DNA of 64,000 nucleotides from Kiritimatiellia bacterium (GTDB lineage: Bacteria > Verrucomicrobiota > Kiritimatiellia > RFP12 > UBA1067). Where the stretch lies: contig JAKSOZ010000002.1 of the NCBI GenBank assembly GCA_024405265.1, positions 232-64,231 on the forward strand, given 5' to 3'. Below are positions 55,163 to 64,000 of the stretch, piece after piece. Made by a program: the position numbers and the translations under genes. Numbering within the stretch: the stretch's first letter is position 1; the number at the start of each line of letters is the position of its first letter. The notes beneath the pieces were generated by a model. It worked only from the letters and a program-made list of their open reading frames with translations, had not been told where the DNA came from and did no database searches.

Positions 55163-55791
55163 GATTTAAGCTCGCTATCGCCGGTAGTTTCGTAAGGGCG
55201 AATTCTCAGTCTCGCGCCGATACTCTCGGCTATCGCGCGGCATCTGGCCTGCTTTTCCTTCGACGTGACAGGTTCGTCGACAATCGTCATCACCACTTCG
55301 GGTACAGTTCCAGCGGCGTCCTTCGCGAACTTGAGCATCGCTTTGTAGCTCTTAAGTCCGAACTTGGGGTGACAGACATTATTATACTCTTCTTCGTCAT
55401 CGGTATTGAGCGAAATCGATAACGTATCGACTTTACCTTTGAAATCCGCCGCTGTCGAACGATTCCAGATAAGATCACTCAAGCCGTTCGTATTGACTCG
55501 GATCTTGAGCCCCGGGTGATTCTCTCTAAGATACGCGGCAACTTCGAGAAGCGCATCCAAGCGCTCCGTAGGCTCCCCGTACCCGCAGAAAATCACCTCG
55601 GTAATCTTAGGTTGGAGGTTATGTTCGATAGATTCGATAACTTCTTCGACTGTCGGCTCACGCTCGAGCCACAAAGAGCCTGTCCCGTATACTCCGGGGG
55701 CATTGTTGCGAAGACAGAAATCGCAAGCGCAGGGGCAACGATTCGTAAGATTGACGTAGAGACCGGTCTTCAATGGATATGTTATGAGCAT
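55159..55791 (-). CDS. small radical SAM protein (TatD-associated type by resemblance)
   Basis: CPCACDFC (CxxxCxxC) near the N-terminus and VIFCGYGEPT. 210 aa. Confidence 0.75.
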   Translation of the reverse strand: MLITYPLKTGLYVNLTNRCPCACDFCLRNNAPGVYGTGSLWLEREPTVEEVIESIEHNLQPKITEVIFCGYGEPTERLDALLEVAAYLRENHPGLKIRVNTNGLSDLIWNRSTAADFKGKVDTLSISLNTDDEEEYNNVCHPKFGLKSYKAMLKFAKDAAGTVPEVVMTIVDEPVTSKEKQARCRAIAESIGARLRIRPYETTGDSELKS

Positions 55792-56618
55792 AAAATCGGT
55801 AATGTTTCTTCTATCGGAAGCCCGTCGGTCGTCGGAATTCCGATTTCCTCCGCTTTCTTGACCGAAGCGACAACGAAATCCGCCGCGATTTTTACGGCTT
55901 CGATCAACGTTTCGCCGTTGAGTAAAGCGCCTAATATGACCGAAGAGAAAACGTCTCCTGTTCCGCTACGATCAGGACCGATCTTCTTTTCCTCGATCTT
56001 GGCCTTCTCGCCTTCCTTCGTGACGACGAAGTTAAGGAGCTTTTCGCCTCGCGAGATTCCGGAAATGACGACGCCGCGTTTACCCCCGCTCAAGCGCAAG
56101 GCAAGCGCGAAAAGCTCATCATCCGCCGCCTGCGGATCGTAATCGACACCCAAGAGAATAGACGCCTCAGTCAAATTCGGCGTTAAATAATCCGCTTCGT
56201 CGACAAGCGAACGTAGCCCCTCGGCGACCTCGTTTTTGAAAGTTCGATAGAGCTTGCCGTAATCTCCCATCACCGGATCGACGAGCACAATCGTTTTCTC
56301 GGACTTGAAAGCCGAGATAAAACGCTTTACGTAGGCAAGCTGTTCAAGCGACGCAAGAAATCCGGTCTGAATCGCCTTAAACTCAATGCCGGTCGCCTTC
56401 CAATCCTCGATATAGCGATCCATCTCCGCCGAGAAATCGTAAAACGACGAATGTTGAAAGCCGGTATGATTCGTGAATAACGCCGTCGGGACGCTACAGC
56501 TCTGAACCTTCATGGCAGCCAAAAGCGGAATGGACACCGCTAGGGAGCAACGCCCGAAGCTGGAAAAGTCGTTGATTACCGCGGCTTTCTTTTGGAGGTT
56601 ATGGTCCACGATCATCAA
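55782..56618 (-). CDS. pyridoxal/pyridoxamine kinase
   Basis: Ribokinase-fold PdxK-like: VINDFSSFGRCSLAVSIPLLAAM, VDPVMGD, GTGDVFSS. Confidence 0.8.
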   Translation of the reverse strand: MMIVDHNLQKKAAVINDFSSFGRCSLAVSIPLLAAMKVQSCSVPTALFTNHTGFQHSSFYDFSAEMDRYIEDWKATGIEFKAIQTGFLASLEQLAYVKRFISAFKSEKTIVLVDPVMGDYGKLYRTFKNEVAEGLRSLVDEADYLTPNLTEASILLGVDYDPQAADDELFALALRLSGGKRGVVISGISRGEKLLNFVVTKEGEKAKIEEKKIGPDRSGTGDVFSSVILGALLNGETLIEAVKIAADFVVASVKKAEEIGIPTTDGLPIEETLPILCS

Positions 56619-58636
56619 ATAACTCCCAACAAATCCTTGAGCGCGGCGATCTGATGACCTTGCCCGATGGCGACTAGAATGTCGCCAATGCGAAATTCGA
56701 ATTCAGGCCCGATATTACGGATGATCTTATCTTCTCGATGAACGGCGACGATTGAAGCCCCTGTCTTGGCGCGGATATTAAGAGTCACGACCGTACCTCC
56801 GACGGCAGGAGAAGTATCACCTAAAGTAAGCTTATGAATCGTACCTTCAGGAACGGAGAAGTTCAATTCCTTGGGTTTAGCCGCGAGACGTTCATCGGTG
56901 GAGAGCGCTTCGTTAAGTCGCAGAGTCGCGCGATGAGTCGCTTTAACGAAAAGTCGCCAACCGAACGCGAGAATGACAAGCATAAGCGTGGACATTATCG
57001 CTTTGGCGATCGGAGACTGCGGGGCCAAGTTAACATTGAGCATGAAGATTTGAAGGAAATAAAGCACCACTGTAATCACGATCACCGCGTGGATACTAAT
57101 CTGTTTCGCGGCGAGTCGCCAAGCTTCCGATCCGGAACCGAAAAGAACGTCGCCGAAAGCCTTGCCGAGCAAACGCGCGATCTTGACCGTCGGAGCTAAA
57201 AGCGCCAAGAAAAAGACATTCGCAGCGAAGCAAAAGAGGATCGAATCCCACTTCTCGAAAAGCTTGGAGAACTTGGAGAAGTCGATAGCTACCAGCATCG
57301 TGGAGGCGACCGCTACCGAGAGATTCATTATGAAGATAAGCACGAGTTCGACGATGGATCTGCGAACGACCTTCCTGATTCCTTTCGGGCGTCTGAGTTC
57401 ATGGAGTCGCTCCAGCGCGCTATGATATGTCGAAATGAACGAGCGGAATTTCTCCGGGGACTTGGTCTCGAGGAAGTCGCTGATCGGTTCGGAAATGCGG
57501 ATCATCACGGGATTCATGACGGTGGTAAGAAGCGAAACTCCGACGACAATCTGGTACATCGGGCTCGACGAGTCGCCGGTAATGGTGACGTAAAGAAGCG
57601 CGACCATATAAGCAAACTCGCCGATTTGCGCGAGAGAGAAACCGGTTTGCACAGCATTCTTGATTTCGGAACCGGAAGCCAACGAAGCGATCGTGATATT
57701 CACGAGCTTTCCCACCATGACGACAAAAGACAATACCAAGATCGGCAAGTAATTATCGAGGCAGGCACGATAGTCCACCAAAAGGCCGATCGTTACGAAG
57801 AAGACCGCGGCGAACATCGATCTGAAAGGTTCAACAAGCCTTTTTATTCGCTCTCGAACATCGCAAGAAGCGCCGAAAATACCAACCAGAAACGCTCCCA
57901 TCGCCAGCGAATAATCGAGTTTGAACGCAAGAAACGTCACAAAGAAGCAACATCCGAGCAAAGTCAAAATCAATTCTTCATCGTCGTGATGTTTGGCAAC
58001 TGAATTCAGCAGCCTAGGAACCAAAACGAGTCCGAACGTCAAAGTCGCGAGCATGAATACCGCGAGCCCTCCCATCGAAAGGCCTACCTCGCCGACGCTC
58101 ATTCCGCGCCCGGTCGCGACTCCGGTTATGAGCGCGATGATGCCGACGGTTACGATATCCTCACAGACCGACGTTCCGATCACATACTTCACGAAAGGAC
58201 GCTTCGACCATTTCATTTCATCGAGGATCTTGGCCAAAAGCGTAGTCGAAGAGTCGCAGATCGCCGCGCCCAAGAAAAGCGAAGGAACCGCCTCCCAACC
58301 GAGGAATCGCGTACCTACCGTATAGCCGAGCCAGGTCATGACAATCGTATCGAATAGCGCCGCAGGGAGCGCGACATCCTTGATTTTCTTCATCGAGGAC
58401 GTCGAAAACTCGAGCCCTAAAATAAACATGAGAAAGATGATGCCGAGCTGACCGATCGTTTGAATCGAACCTTCGTCGACCAATAGCGAAGATCCCCAAG
58501 TGTGACGACTTAATACGACTCCGGCCAAAATATAGCCGATGACCTTCGGCCACTTGAATTTCGAAAACAATACCGAAACGAGACCTGCGACCGCCATAAG
58601 CATCGCGAGGTCTTGGATAAAAGCGCTTTCCGTCAT
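56615..58636 (-). CDS. CPA2 family cation:proton antiporter with C-terminal RCK_C/TrkA-C domain
   Basis: About 12 TM segments (Kef-like: GYILAGVVLS, GLEFS) plus C-terminal GTVVTLNIRAKTGASIVAVHRED...GDILVAIG. Confidence 0.85.
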   Translation of the reverse strand: MTESAFIQDLAMLMAVAGLVSVLFSKFKWPKVIGYILAGVVLSRHTWGSSLLVDEGSIQTIGQLGIIFLMFILGLEFSTSSMKKIKDVALPAALFDTIVMTWLGYTVGTRFLGWEAVPSLFLGAAICDSSTTLLAKILDEMKWSKRPFVKYVIGTSVCEDIVTVGIIALITGVATGRGMSVGEVGLSMGGLAVFMLATLTFGLVLVPRLLNSVAKHHDDEELILTLLGCCFFVTFLAFKLDYSLAMGAFLVGIFGASCDVRERIKRLVEPFRSMFAAVFFVTIGLLVDYRACLDNYLPILVLSFVVMVGKLVNITIASLASGSEIKNAVQTGFSLAQIGEFAYMVALLYVTITGDSSSPMYQIVVGVSLLTTVMNPVMIRISEPISDFLETKSPEKFRSFISTYHSALERLHELRRPKGIRKVVRRSIVELVLIFIMNLSVAVASTMLVAIDFSKFSKLFEKWDSILFCFAANVFFLALLAPTVKIARLLGKAFGDVLFGSGSEAWRLAAKQISIHAVIVITVVLYFLQIFMLNVNLAPQSPIAKAIMSTLMLVILAFGWRLFVKATHRATLRLNEALSTDERLAAKPKELNFSVPEGTIHKLTLGDTSPAVGGTVVTLNIRAKTGASIVAVHREDKIIRNIGPEFEFRIGDILVAIGQGHQIAALKDLLGVI

Positions 58637-59808
58637 TTCGCTTCCTTGCGCGGCCTCAAGACATTACGATGAATCCTGAAATATCCGGAGGTATCACGTT
58701 GAGAAACGCCCTTGATCTGCATATGAGTTAAGCGATTGGCATATGCCTTATCGATCTTGAATTCAAACGGCGGTTTCTTGGCCGTGTAAATTTCTTCGTC
58801 TTTATACTTAAGCGTGATCGACTCGATCTGAGGCGGAGGAGTACCGTCGTCGGGTATGAGCTCAACGGTATACTCACCGGGGCGACGGAAAGCGTAATCG
58901 ACGCCGAACTTAACGGTAACGTCGAACTTGCCGGTAGGAATGTCGCCGCGCTTCCATCCCCAGTATGTCGAAAGCGCAGGTTTGCCGAAAATCTTGAGCC
59001 AGCCGAGCGCCGCCGTTCCCCAGAGCGTATCTTCTTTGATATCGGAAACCTTTTCAAGGAGATTTATCATCTCGTCTTTTTTCGCGGCGTTCTCGCGATG
59101 AAGCGCGAACTTCGCCATCAAGAGCGCCTGCTGCTGCTCCATCGTCAAATGTTTACGCGGCTTGCGATGAAGTTTTTCGATATAAGCGTCGCCTTCCGCG
59201 AACAACTTCTTTTCGCGATATTCGTTCGCCTTCTCGACGAACAAAAGCCCGTCTTTACTGCCGCTCTTATCGAACTCGAAGTGCCACTGCCAGCCCGTGC
59301 TGTCTTCGGGATCGAGTTTTTTGAGTTTAGCGTACACATCCCCATAGAAGAAATCGCCCGTGATGCTGCGACGGTACCCGGCGACGAATTTCTCCAGCGC
59401 GGACAAAAGCTGCCCGCAACCTTCAGGCGTATCCGTACCGATCTTCTTCAGGATTTCTTCGCGGCGCTTATTGACTTTCTCGATCTGTCCGTAAATCCAC
59501 TTCGCGCTCGCGTTATAAGGCACATTATCGATTACGAGGAAGCAACGATTCTGCTCATCGAAAACGAAAATCGCCGGAAATTTGAAAGTGTAATTGCGCT
59601 CGGGAATCCCGGGAGTCTCCTGATCCACGAGCTCGACAAGGTATTTGGAAGATGTGAGACGCTTGAACTCTTGAGAAGACATCGTCTTCTTGATGTCTCT
59701 TCCCGATCGACTCCACTTCTCTCCATAGATCAGTCGAATCTTACAGGCACCGAAGCTCGTCGCCGAAACGACGAGCATCAGTGTAAGAGCGATGAAGCGC
59801 CTCAACAT
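58633..59808 (-). CDS. hypothetical exported protein, possible lipoprotein
   Basis: Signal-like MLRRFIALTLMLVVSATSFGAC. No recognisable catalytic motifs. 391 aa. Confidence 0.5.
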   Translation of the reverse strand: MLRRFIALTLMLVVSATSFGACKIRLIYGEKWSRSGRDIKKTMSSQEFKRLTSSKYLVELVDQETPGIPERNYTFKFPAIFVFDEQNRCFLVIDNVPYNASAKWIYGQIEKVNKRREEILKKIGTDTPEGCGQLLSALEKFVAGYRRSITGDFFYGDVYAKLKKLDPEDSTGWQWHFEFDKSGSKDGLLFVEKANEYREKKLFAEGDAYIEKLHRKPRKHLTMEQQQALLMAKFALHRENAAKKDEMINLLEKVSDIKEDTLWGTAALGWLKIFGKPALSTYWGWKRGDIPTGKFDVTVKFGVDYAFRRPGEYTVELIPDDGTPPPQIESITLKYKDEEIYTAKKPPFEFKIDKAYANRLTHMQIKGVSQRDTSGYFRIHRNVLRPRKEAK

Positions 59809-59824
59809 CTTTCAGTTCCTCGGG

Positions 59825-60931
59825 TTACTTGGTGATCTTACGACCCTGGACGCCCGCGGCAGTCGCGGCGCCTTCGCGCGCCTTTTCGCGAGGACGAAGC
59901 GAACGGACGGCCTCGCCGGCCTTCCACATTTCGCTGTCGTGCATTTCCTGAAGCTTGGCGGCCATGAATTCCTTGTAATCGGGGCGACCGGTGTCACGAA
60001 TGACTTCCTTCGCCTCCTGCATCTTCTTCGTCGAAGCGTAGAGCTTCTTGAAGACGGGCTCGGTGGCCTTACGGAAGTAAGGACGCCACTTGAGAGCGCC
60101 GTGCTGCGCGGTCTGCGAGCAGTTCGAGTACATCCAGTCCATGCCGTTTTCGTCGACGAGACGAGCGAGCGACTGGGTAAGCTCTTCGCAAGTTTCGTTG
60201 AACGCTTCCGAGGGGCTGTGGCCGTTGGCGCGGAGAGTATAGTACTGCGCTTCCATAACGCCGCAGAGAGCGCCCATCAAAATGCCGCGTTCACCGACGA
60301 GATCGGAGGTGACTTCGTTTTCGAACGTGGTCGGGAAGAGATAGCCCGAACCGAGCGCGATACCGATAGCGAGCGTGAGCTCGAGGGCCTTACCCGTCGC
60401 GTCCTGAGCGACCGCGAACGAAGAGTTGATGCCCGCGCCGTTAAGATAGTTACGACGAACGTTCGTGCCCGAACCCTTCGGCGCGACCATAATGACGTCG
60501 ACGTCCTTCGAGGGCTTGACGCCCGTGAGCTTATTGTAAACGTACGCGAAACCGTGGGAGAAGTAAAGCGCCTTACCGGGCGTCATGTACTTTTCGATCT
60601 GCTTCCAGACGGGACCGACGGAACCATCGGAGGTAAGCATCATGATGACGTCGCCCTTTTCGGCGGCTTCTTCGATGGAGAAGAGCGTCTTGCCGGGAAC
60701 CCAGCCGTCCTTGATCGCGCGCTTCCAGCTCGAGTTGGCCTTCGTGGACTTGCGCTGACCGACGATAACGTTGATACCGTTGTCGCGCATGTTGAGAGCC
60801 TGCGCCGGGCCCTGAATACCATAACCAAGTACGGCAATCGTCTTACCCTTAAGTACGCTCTGAGCCTTCTTAAGCGGAAACTCCTTGCGTGTGACGATGT
60901 CTTCTACCGTATTACCGAATTTGATCTTCAT
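59825..60931 (-). CDS. ilvC: ketol-acid reductoisomerase
   Basis: GKTIAVLGYGIQGPAQALNMRDNGINVIVG (NADPH Rossmann) with the knotted C-terminal domain. AAGGAG SD upstream. Confidence 0.85.
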   Translation of the reverse strand: MKIKFGNTVEDIVTRKEFPLKKAQSVLKGKTIAVLGYGIQGPAQALNMRDNGINVIVGQRKSTKANSSWKRAIKDGWVPGKTLFSIEEAAEKGDVIMMLTSDGSVGPVWKQIEKYMTPGKALYFSHGFAYVYNKLTGVKPSKDVDVIMVAPKGSGTNVRRNYLNGAGINSSFAVAQDATGKALELTLAIGIALGSGYLFPTTFENEVTSDLVGERGILMGALCGVMEAQYYTLRANGHSPSEAFNETCEELTQSLARLVDENGMDWMYSNCSQTAQHGALKWRPYFRKATEPVFKKLYASTKKMQEAKEVIRDTGRPDYKEFMAAKLQEMHDSEMWKAGEAVRSLRPREKAREGAATAAGVQGRKITK

Positions 60932-60973
60932 TTTATCTCCTTAACCTTAGGGCTTTGTACCCCTATAACGCGT

Positions 60974-60987
60974 ATTATATCAAATTA
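60974..60987 (-). promoter_or_regulatory. extended -10 box TAATTTGATATAAT upstream of ilvC
   Basis: TGATATAAT overlaps the nspC stop. About 36-nt leader with AAGGAG before the ilvC ATG at 60931. Confidence 0.5.
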
Positions 60988-62094
60988 GAGACGCGATTTG
61001 AAGTCGAAATAGGAAAATTCTTTCCATATTTTCGTCTTTCCTCGACTGTCTTTGATCGCGATCGATGGGAGCGGCATACCGTTGAAGGTATTGTTCTTGA
61101 CCATCGAGTAAATCGCCATATCCTCGAAAACGAGTTCCTGACCGACTTTAAGCGGCTTCGAGAACGAATATTCGCCGATGATGTCGCCTGCGAGGCAAGT
61201 CGGCCCGCCGAAGATATAAGAGTACTTCTTTTCGCCCGGCATGCCCGAGCCTTTGAGCGGCGGACGATACGGCATTTCGATAACATCCGGCATGTGACAC
61301 GCGGCGGAAGTGTCGAGAATCGCGAGAGGCTTACCGTAATCGAGAAGTTCACGTACCTTGGTGACCAAATAGCCCGCGTTCAGGGCTATCGCTTCACCCG
61401 GCTCAAGATAGACTTCGAGCTTCGGATAGCGCGTTTTGAAAGCTTTCAAGGTATCGATGAGGAGCTTTAAGTCATACCCCTTCTTGGTGATATGGTGCCC
61501 CCCTCCAAAGTTAACCCACTTCATGCGCGGCAAAAATTCCCCGAACTTTTCTTCAAAGACCTTGAGTGTACGTTCGAAGACGTCCGAGCCTTGTTCGCAC
61601 ATCGCGTGAACATGAAGCCCCTCTACGCCCTCCAAATCCGCCGCGCTTAAATATTCCCTCGGCACTCCGAAGCGCGAAGTTTTCGAGCAAGGATTGTAAA
61701 GCTCGACCTCGACCTCGCTGTAGTGAGGATTGACGCGAAGTCCGATCGACGTCTTCTTCGCGTAGGGTTTGAAGAGCTTGAGCTGACTTAAGCTGTTGAC
61801 GACAACGTGACCGCAGAGCTTTACGATTTCCTTAACTTCCTCAGGCGCGAAAGCGGGGTTGAAGACATGATTCTCCTTCCCCTTCATTTCTTCGAGCCCA
61901 AGTTTCGCTTCGAAAAGCCCGCTCGCCGTCACGCCATCCAAATACTTCGCGATAAGCGGATAGGTGGCGTAGCACGAAAAGGCCTTTTGAGCGAGAAGAA
62001 TCTTGACGCCCGCTTTCTTACGGACAGTTTCGAGAATCTTGAGGTTTTTCTCAAGTTTCGCTTCGTCGATAAGATAGTAAGGCGTCTTCAGCAT
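60985..62094 (-). CDS. nspC: carboxynorspermidine/carboxyspermidine decarboxylase
   Basis: MLKTPYYLIDEAKLEKNL, a PLP fold-III decarboxylase of 369 aa, adjacent to CANSDH. Confidence 0.9.
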   Translation of the reverse strand: MLKTPYYLIDEAKLEKNLKILETVRKKAGVKILLAQKAFSCYATYPLIAKYLDGVTASGLFEAKLGLEEMKGKENHVFNPAFAPEEVKEIVKLCGHVVVNSLSQLKLFKPYAKKTSIGLRVNPHYSEVEVELYNPCSKTSRFGVPREYLSAADLEGVEGLHVHAMCEQGSDVFERTLKVFEEKFGEFLPRMKWVNFGGGHHITKKGYDLKLLIDTLKAFKTRYPKLEVYLEPGEAIALNAGYLVTKVRELLDYGKPLAILDTSAACHMPDVIEMPYRPPLKGSGMPGEKKYSYIFGGPTCLAGDIIGEYSFSKPLKVGQELVFEDMAIYSMVKNNTFNGMPLPSIAIKDSRGKTKIWKEFSYFDFKSRL

Positions 62095-62095
62095 T

Positions 62096-63403
62096 TTAAG
62101 GGACCATTACGGGGTCGAAGTTTTCCTGCCAAGGAAGACCCTGCTTATTTAATTCTTCCATAAACGGATCGGGGTCGAATTCTTCGACGGTATGAACACC
62201 CTTCTCGGTCCACTTACCCTCGAGGAACATCTTAGCGCCGATCATCGCGGGAACGCCCGTCGTGTAGCTGATCGCCTGAGAGCCGACTTCCGCGTAGCAT
62301 TCCTGGTGATCGCAGACATTATAGACGTAGTAGCGCTTCTTTTCGCCGTCTTTGACGCCTTCGAAGATGCAGCCGATATTGGTCTTGCCCTTCGTACGCG
62401 GGCCCAACGTCGCGGGATCGGGGAGAAGCGCGCGGAGGAATTCGATCGGAACGATCTTCTGCCCCTTGAAGTCGACGGGGTCGATGCGGGTCATGCCGAC
62501 GTTCTCGAGACACTTGAGGTGAGTAAGATAACTCTGCCCGAAGGTCATGAAGAAGCGGATACGCTTGATACCCTTCAAGTTGCAACCGAGCGATTCGAGC
62601 TCTTCGTGGTGAAGAAGGTACATATCCTTCGGTCCCACCTGATCGAAGACGTATTCGCGCTTGATGGCCATCGGCGCCGTCTCGACCCAATAACCCTTAT
62701 CGAACGCCTTCTTATACTCGACCTTAACGCCATGCTCGTCGATTTCTTCACCTTGACCTTCACCCTTCACCTTCTCATTAACCCAATAGCTTCCCTTCCC
62801 CGCGACTTCACGGCTGTTGATCTCGGGATTGAAGTTCGTGGCGAAAGGATAACCATGGTCACCACCATTGCAATCGAGAATGTCGAGCGTATGGATTTCG
62901 TCGAAATAGTGCTTCTGGGCGTAGGCCGAGAAGACTTGAGTGACGCCGGGATCGAAGCCACAACCCAAGATCGCGGTAAGTCCCGCCTTTTCGAACTTTT
63001 CGCGGTACGCCCACTGCCAAGAATATTCGAAGTGAGCTTCTTCCGGCGGCTCATAGTTCGCGGTATCGAGATAGCTAACTCCCGCCTCAAGACACGCATC
63101 CATAATAGCGAGATCCTGATAAGGAAGCGCGATATTCATAACGAGCGCGGGCTGAAATTCCTTGATGAGCCCCACGAGCTTCGGCGTATCCATCGCGTCG
63201 ATCTGAGCGGTGGTGATTTTCGTCGAAATACCCTTCTCGTTATACCAAGGACGGCTCTCGATATCGGCCTTGATCGCCTTGCAACGAGCTTCCGTGCGAC
63301 TCGCGATGAGGAGTTCTCCGAAAACCTCGGGGTTACGACAGCACTTGGCCGCGACTACGCCGGCGACACCGCCCGCACCGATCATCATGACTTTTTTGCT
63401 CAT
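62096..63403 (-). CDS. carboxynorspermidine synthase (saccharopine dehydrogenase family, CANSDH)
   Basis: Start trimmed to ATG 63403 (MSKKVMMIGAGGVAGVVA) with GAGGAG SD, overlapping the speB stop as ATGA. Confidence 0.88.
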   Translation of the reverse strand: MSKKVMMIGAGGVAGVVAAKCCRNPEVFGELLIASRTEARCKAIKADIESRPWYNEKGISTKITTAQIDAMDTPKLVGLIKEFQPALVMNIALPYQDLAIMDACLEAGVSYLDTANYEPPEEAHFEYSWQWAYREKFEKAGLTAILGCGFDPGVTQVFSAYAQKHYFDEIHTLDILDCNGGDHGYPFATNFNPEINSREVAGKGSYWVNEKVKGEGQGEEIDEHGVKVEYKKAFDKGYWVETAPMAIKREYVFDQVGPKDMYLLHHEELESLGCNLKGIKRIRFFMTFGQSYLTHLKCLENVGMTRIDPVDFKGQKIVPIEFLRALLPDPATLGPRTKGKTNIGCIFEGVKDGEKKRYYVYNVCDHQECYAEVGSQAISYTTGVPAMIGAKMFLEGKWTEKGVHTVEEFDPDPFMEELNKQGLPWQENFDPVMVP

Positions 63404-64000
63404 AGGGATAATAACTCCTCTCTTAAAAATTTGCAAGCAAGCGCCGTCGAACGACCCGATGTATCGAGTCCGGGATTAAGTTCGACATTATCGATAGCGA
63501 CTACGCTAAGGTCTCGGCAGATAAGACGCATATCTTCGACGAGCTGGTTATAAGTAAACCCACCCGCTTCCTGAGTTCCCGTTCCCGGAAATTCGCTTGG
63601 ATCGAGAACATCCATATCGATCGTGAGATAGACAGGAGTCTTCGGCCCGATCTTCTTTACGACATCCATCAAGGTCGTGTCGGAAAAGAGTTCCGTCGTC
63701 ACATGGCCGTCCTTCATGAACTGACGCTCCTCCTTCGTACCCGAGCGGATACCGAATTGGAAGATGCGGTTGTCGCCGACGAGATCGTGGCAACGACGAA
63801 GGACTGAGGCGTGCGACAAGGGATTCCCTAAATAATCCTCGCGAAGATCGGCATGCGCATCAAAATGAATGATTACGAGATCGGGATACTTCTCCAAGGT
63901 CGCTTTGACAACGGGAAGCGTAACGAGATGTTCGCCGCCCAAGAGGAACGGACGCTTCCCATCCTTCAAAATCTGCCGCGTTCTTTTTTCGAGCATTTTA
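63400..64000 (-). CDS. speB: agmatinase (arginase family), N-terminus beyond window edge
   Basis: HFDAHADLRED, DMDVLDPSEFPGTG, and E..P. The reading frame is still open at 63999. Confidence 0.85.
   Translation of the reverse strand, partial: KMLEKRTRQILKDGKRPFLLGGEHLVTLPVVKATLEKYPDLVIIHFDAHADLREDYLGNPLSHASVLRRCHDLVGDNRIFQFGIRSGTKEERQFMKDGHVTTELFSDTTLMDVVKKIGPKTPVYLTIDMDVLDPSEFPGTGTQEAGGFTYNQLVEDMRLICRDLSVVAIDNVELNPGLDTSGRSTALACKFLREELLSL

Overview
64-kb window from a diderm, LPS-making bacterium (lpxA, an lpxC-like gene, two lptF/lptG-type permeases, uppP, murF, mraY); the phylum cannot be fixed from sequence alone. All 60 CDS I can support, plus one tRNA-Arg(CCT), lie on the minus strand. 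They are tightly packed, and about 20 junctions have 1-4 nt start/stop overlaps. Content is overwhelmingly housekeeping. It includes translation (tyrS, infB, nusA, rbfA, truA, truB, efp, epmA, rpmH, rnpA, ychF), secretion and insertion (secY, yidC, yidD), arginine synthesis (argB, argD, argH), folD, pyrD, ribF, ilvC and the agmatinase/CANSDH/nspC polyamine route. Also present are envelope and sugar-nucleotide genes (rfbB, a manC-like gene), two glycosidases, an ABC/ABC-2-GldG/DUF4340 module and a CPA2 antiporter. I see no rRNA, CRISPR array, transposase, integrase or recognisable defence genes, and no convincing multi-gene novel system. Five observations go beyond plain annotation. (1) A recurrent 14-nt extended -10 box, AAATATG[G/A]TATAAT, occurs at 11 sites; five copies sit only 6-8 nt upstream of an ATG, suggesting leaderless mRNAs. 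(2) Seven intercistronic spacers are C-poor, 6-7-nt periodic and rich in stop codons, and related repeats are embedded in coding sequence. (3) A Flp/TadE/TadG pilin and pseudopilin-only cassette sits inside a housekeeping operon and includes a 49-aa Flp ORF missing from the ORF track. (4) A gene-free GC-rich stretch of about 480 nt contains a perfect 14-nt inverted repeat and could not be assigned to any RNA family. (5) Smaller oddities include a divergent LpxC, a parvulin with a His/Cys tail, scattered dcw genes and a stand-alone secY. rpmH (45 aa) is also absent from the ORF track. Several track ORFs were trimmed at the N-terminus.
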